DNA of 26,489 nucleotides from Patescibacteria group bacterium (lineage in GTDB: Bacteria > Patescibacteriota > Minisyncoccia > UBA6257 > UBA9933). Shown one piece after another: positions 24,245 to 26,489 of the stretch. A program made the translations under genes and the position numbers. The stretch is taken from contig JBBTVE010000002.1 of the NCBI GenBank assembly GCA_038063395.1, positions 1-26,489 of the forward strand, given 5' to 3'. The stretch's first letter is position 1; every line of letters starts with the position of its first letter. Under the pieces are notes generated by a model. The model made no database searches. It had not been told where the DNA came from and was given only the letters and a program-made list of their open reading frames with translations.

Positions 24245-24926
24245 AATCCATTTCTTTCAACGCGTTCTTCGCCGCTTCCACTTCGGCTTCCTGTTTTGAT
24301 AATCCCTCGCCTTCGGCCGCCAATTTCTCTCCTAAATACACCCCGACTTTAAAAATCTTGGCGTGATCGGGCCCTTTTTCGGAAATTACCGCGTAATTCG
24401 GCGTTAATTTTAATTTTTCCTGAATAATTTCTTGAAGCAGACTTTTTGAATCCTTATAAAGTTTTTTTTCAATGACTTCATCCAAGCGCGGAATCACGAA
24501 TCGCTCGACGAAATTTTTCGCCGTCAAATATTCCGCGTCAAGATAAATGGCTCCCAAAACCGCTTCAAAAGCGTTTGCTAAAATAACCTCGCGAGCTTTG
24601 CCAATATCCTGGGCTTCGCCCCTTGAAAGCAAAACATAGTCATTCAATCCCATTTCTTTGGCAATGGCGGCCAGCATCTGGTAATTTACCAAAGCCGAAC
24701 GGATACTGGTCAAATCCCCTTCGGAATAATTCGGGTATTTATTAAAAAGAATTTCCGTAGTTGCCAATTCTAAAACTGCGTCACCCAAAAATTCCAAACG
24801 CTCATTATTAGGCAACTCCCACGAAGGATTTTCATTGAGATAAGAACGGTGAGTCAATGATTCCTTGAGGAAATTTTTATTTTTAAACTCTATTCCGAGT
24901 TTTTGTTCTAATAAAAAAAAGTCCAC
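24234..24926 (-). CDS. rnc: Ribonuclease III
   Basis: LTHRSYLNE, NERLEFLGDAVL, ANAFEAVLGAIYLD, dsRBD KSLLQE...GPDHAKIF...SKQEAE. GTG start. Confidence 0.98.
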   Translation of the reverse strand: MDFFLLEQKLGIEFKNKNFLKESLTHRSYLNENPSWELPNNERLEFLGDAVLELATTEILFNKYPNYSEGDLTSIRSALVNYQMLAAIAKEMGLNDYVLLSRGEAQDIGKAREVILANAFEAVLGAIYLDAEYLTAKNFVERFVIPRLDEVIEKKLYKDSKSLLQEIIQEKLKLTPNYAVISEKGPDHAKIFKVGVYLGEKLAAEGEGLSKQEAEVEAAKNALKEMDYVS

Positions 24927-24934
24927 TATTTTGA

Positions 24935-25348
24935 TTATATTTCTTTATATATCGTTCCCAAAACGCCGTTGACGAATTTTCCGGAATTCGCTCCGCCATA
25001 ATTTTTGGATAATTCAATTGCCTCGTTAATCGCCACTTTTCCCGGAACTTCATTTTTATCGGCGTAAAGAAGCTCGTAAAGACCGATTCTTAAAACATTT
25101 CTATCGATGACGGAAATCTGATTGATCGGCCACTCGGGCGCGGCTTTTTCTATTATTTTATCAAACTCTTTCAGATGATCAATCACTCCTTTGACGATTT
25201 TCCAAACAAATTCCGGCTCATCAATGCCAACGCCGAATTCTTTCATATTCCGCTCGATAATCTCCGTCAAATCCGGCTTTTTATTATAAAAATCCCATTC
25301 GTAAAAGGATTGAAGAACAATACTTCTTGCTAAATGCCGAGTAGCCAT
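24935..25348 (-). CDS. nusB: Transcription antitermination factor NusB
   Basis: [46 protein letters not shown]. Confidence 0.97.
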   Translation of the reverse strand: MATRHLARSIVLQSFYEWDFYNKKPDLTEIIERNMKEFGVGIDEPEFVWKIVKGVIDHLKEFDKIIEKAAPEWPINQISVIDRNVLRIGLYELLYADKNEVPGKVAINEAIELSKNYGGANSGKFVNGVLGTIYKEI

Positions 25349-25350
25349 TT

Positions 25351-25545
25351 TTATTTTTTGATTTTCAATTTCGGCTCTTTTACCACCCTCCCTTTATAAC
25401 TGCCGCAATTAGCGCAAAGTCGATGAGGCAAAATCGGATGCTGGCAATTTTGGCAAACAAAAATCTGACTCGGCTTTAAAGCCAAATGAGATCTTCTCCG
25501 ACCGGTTTTCGATTTTGTATGATGTTTTGTCGGTACGCCTCCCAT
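25351..25545 (-). CDS. rpmF: 50S ribosomal protein L32 (Zn-binding form)
   Basis: [21 protein letters not shown]...[13 protein letters not shown]. Confidence 0.96.
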   Translation of the reverse strand: MGGVPTKHHTKSKTGRRRSHLALKPSQIFVCQNCQHPILPHRLCANCGSYKGRVVKEPKLKIKK

Positions 25546-25553
25546 AATGATTT

Positions 25554-25582
25554 AGAATATAGAAAATTAAAATATAAGTCAA
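25554..25582 (-). promoter_or_regulatory. Sigma70 promoter of rpmF-nusB-rnc-smc (near-leaderless)
   Basis: TTGACT (25577-25582), 17 bp, TATTCT (25554-25559), 8 nt to ATG. Confidence 0.65.
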
Positions 25583-25668
25583 TAATCTTGCTTTTATTAT
25601 TAATTTCTGGCTTAATTATAACAGCAAAAATTCCAACAAAAACAAAATAAGGAGGATAAGGAGAGAAA

Positions 25669-26489
25669 ATGGCGTTATCAAAAGTAAAAAAAATAGCGGA
25701 AGGGAAAACGAAGATTGTATATGAACATCCCGTTAATCCGCATCTTGTTTTAATCAAAAGCAAAGACGACATTACCGCCGGCGACGGAGCTAAAAAGGAT
25801 TGTTTTGACGGCAAAGCCGTTTTTTCAACCGAGACAATCTGCAATTGTTTTAAATTGCTGAATTTACGGGGATTACCGACCCATTATCTCGGTCAAATTG
25901 AACCAAAAATATTTCTGGCCCGCAAAGCAAAAATGATACCACTAGAACTGGTTGTCAGACGGATTGCAACTGGTTCTTACCTTAAGCGCAGCCCAGAAAT
26001 CGCAGAAGGGACAGTTTTTAATTCTCTCGTCTTTGAAGTTTTTTTAAAAAACGACGAGACACATGACCCATTAGTCGTGTACGACTTTACGAATGAAATA
26101 TCTCTTTTATACGATCCAAAGAAACCACTAAGCAACGGTTTCTTTCAAAAAAGATCTCTTGAAGAAGGCGGTATTCTAATGACGCCATATTTACTTAACG
26201 ACTTAAGAGATCTCGCCGTCAAAACCTTCGAAATCCTTGAGGGGGCTTGGGCAAAACAGAATGTCAGTCTCGTTGATCTCAAGATTGAGTGCGGATTTGA
26301 CGAGGAAACCGGCAAGCTAATGATCGCCGATGTCATCGACAACGACAGCTGGCGCATTTGGCCCGCCGGCGACAAGACTCAAATGAAAGACAAACAGGTT
26401 TATCGCGATCTTCTTCCGACAATGACGCCGGAAGCCCGCGAACTATTAAAGAAAAACTATCAGTGGGTAGCAAAAGCCACTGAAAAGTT
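25669..26489 (+). CDS. purC: SAICAR synthetase, 3'-truncated by window edge
   Basis: Manual translation: IAEGKTK, KDDITAGDG, IPLELVVRRIATGSYLKR, FLKNDETHDP, LVDLKIECG, ADVIDNDSWRIWP, DKQVYR. Open to the edge, with a strong GGAGG leader. Confidence 0.93.
   Translation, partial: MALSKVKKIAEGKTKIVYEHPVNPHLVLIKSKDDITAGDGAKKDCFDGKAVFSTETICNCFKLLNLRGLPTHYLGQIEPKIFLARKAKMIPLELVVRRIATGSYLKRSPEIAEGTVFNSLVFEVFLKNDETHDPLVVYDFTNEISLLYDPKKPLSNGFFQKRSLEEGGILMTPYLLNDLRDLAVKTFEILEGAWAKQNVSLVDLKIECGFDEETGKLMIADVIDNDSWRIWPAGDKTQMKDKQVYRDLLPTMTPEARELLKKNYQWVAKATEK

Noticed and set aside
23919-24299. 126-aa plus-strand ORF antisense to smc/rnc, and similar antisense ORFs in polX, clp, hppA and nusA
   Set aside because: Antisense shadows of conserved genes with no SD or motifs.
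25476-25844. 122-aa minus-strand ORF overlapping rpmF and purC, and 26145..26375
   Set aside because: Overlaps two confident genes and the divergent promoter region; shadow ORFs.

Overview
AT-rich bacterial chromosomal window using genetic code 11 (TGA ends infC and the Clp ATPase gene). Gene content and style suggest Patescibacteria/CPR, probably Parcubacteria; this is inference. It is mostly housekeeping: ileS (runs off the left edge, so missing from the ORF track), argS, smpB-ssrA(tmRNA)-infC-rpmI-rplT, a Nudix hydrolase, polX, a membrane-anchored ClpA/B-like ATPase, a DUF2723-TPR membrane protein, a 2-hydroxyacid dehydrogenase, clpP, hppA, nusA, trmD, khpA, rpsP, a short smc, rnc, nusB and rpmF. 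Small self-contained accessory islets lie between them: three tiny unknown ORFs, thrC and purC (runs off the right edge). Most notable observations: (1) the tmRNA 5' end lies inside the last codons of smpB, so 5' maturation of tmRNA would leave a non-stop smpB mRNA, a candidate trans-translation feedback loop; (2) in-frame 7-bp tandem arrays and short palindromes sit inside core genes; (3) IleRS carries an intact histidine-phosphatase domain; (4) the membrane-tethered Clp ATPase has a degenerate first ring and no aromatic pore loops; (5) SMC lacks a recognisable hinge; (6) several core genes look leaderless while accessory genes have strong Shine-Dalgarno leaders. No CRISPR array, tRNA, rRNA or transposase was seen. 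All calls are from manual reading; no database search was run.
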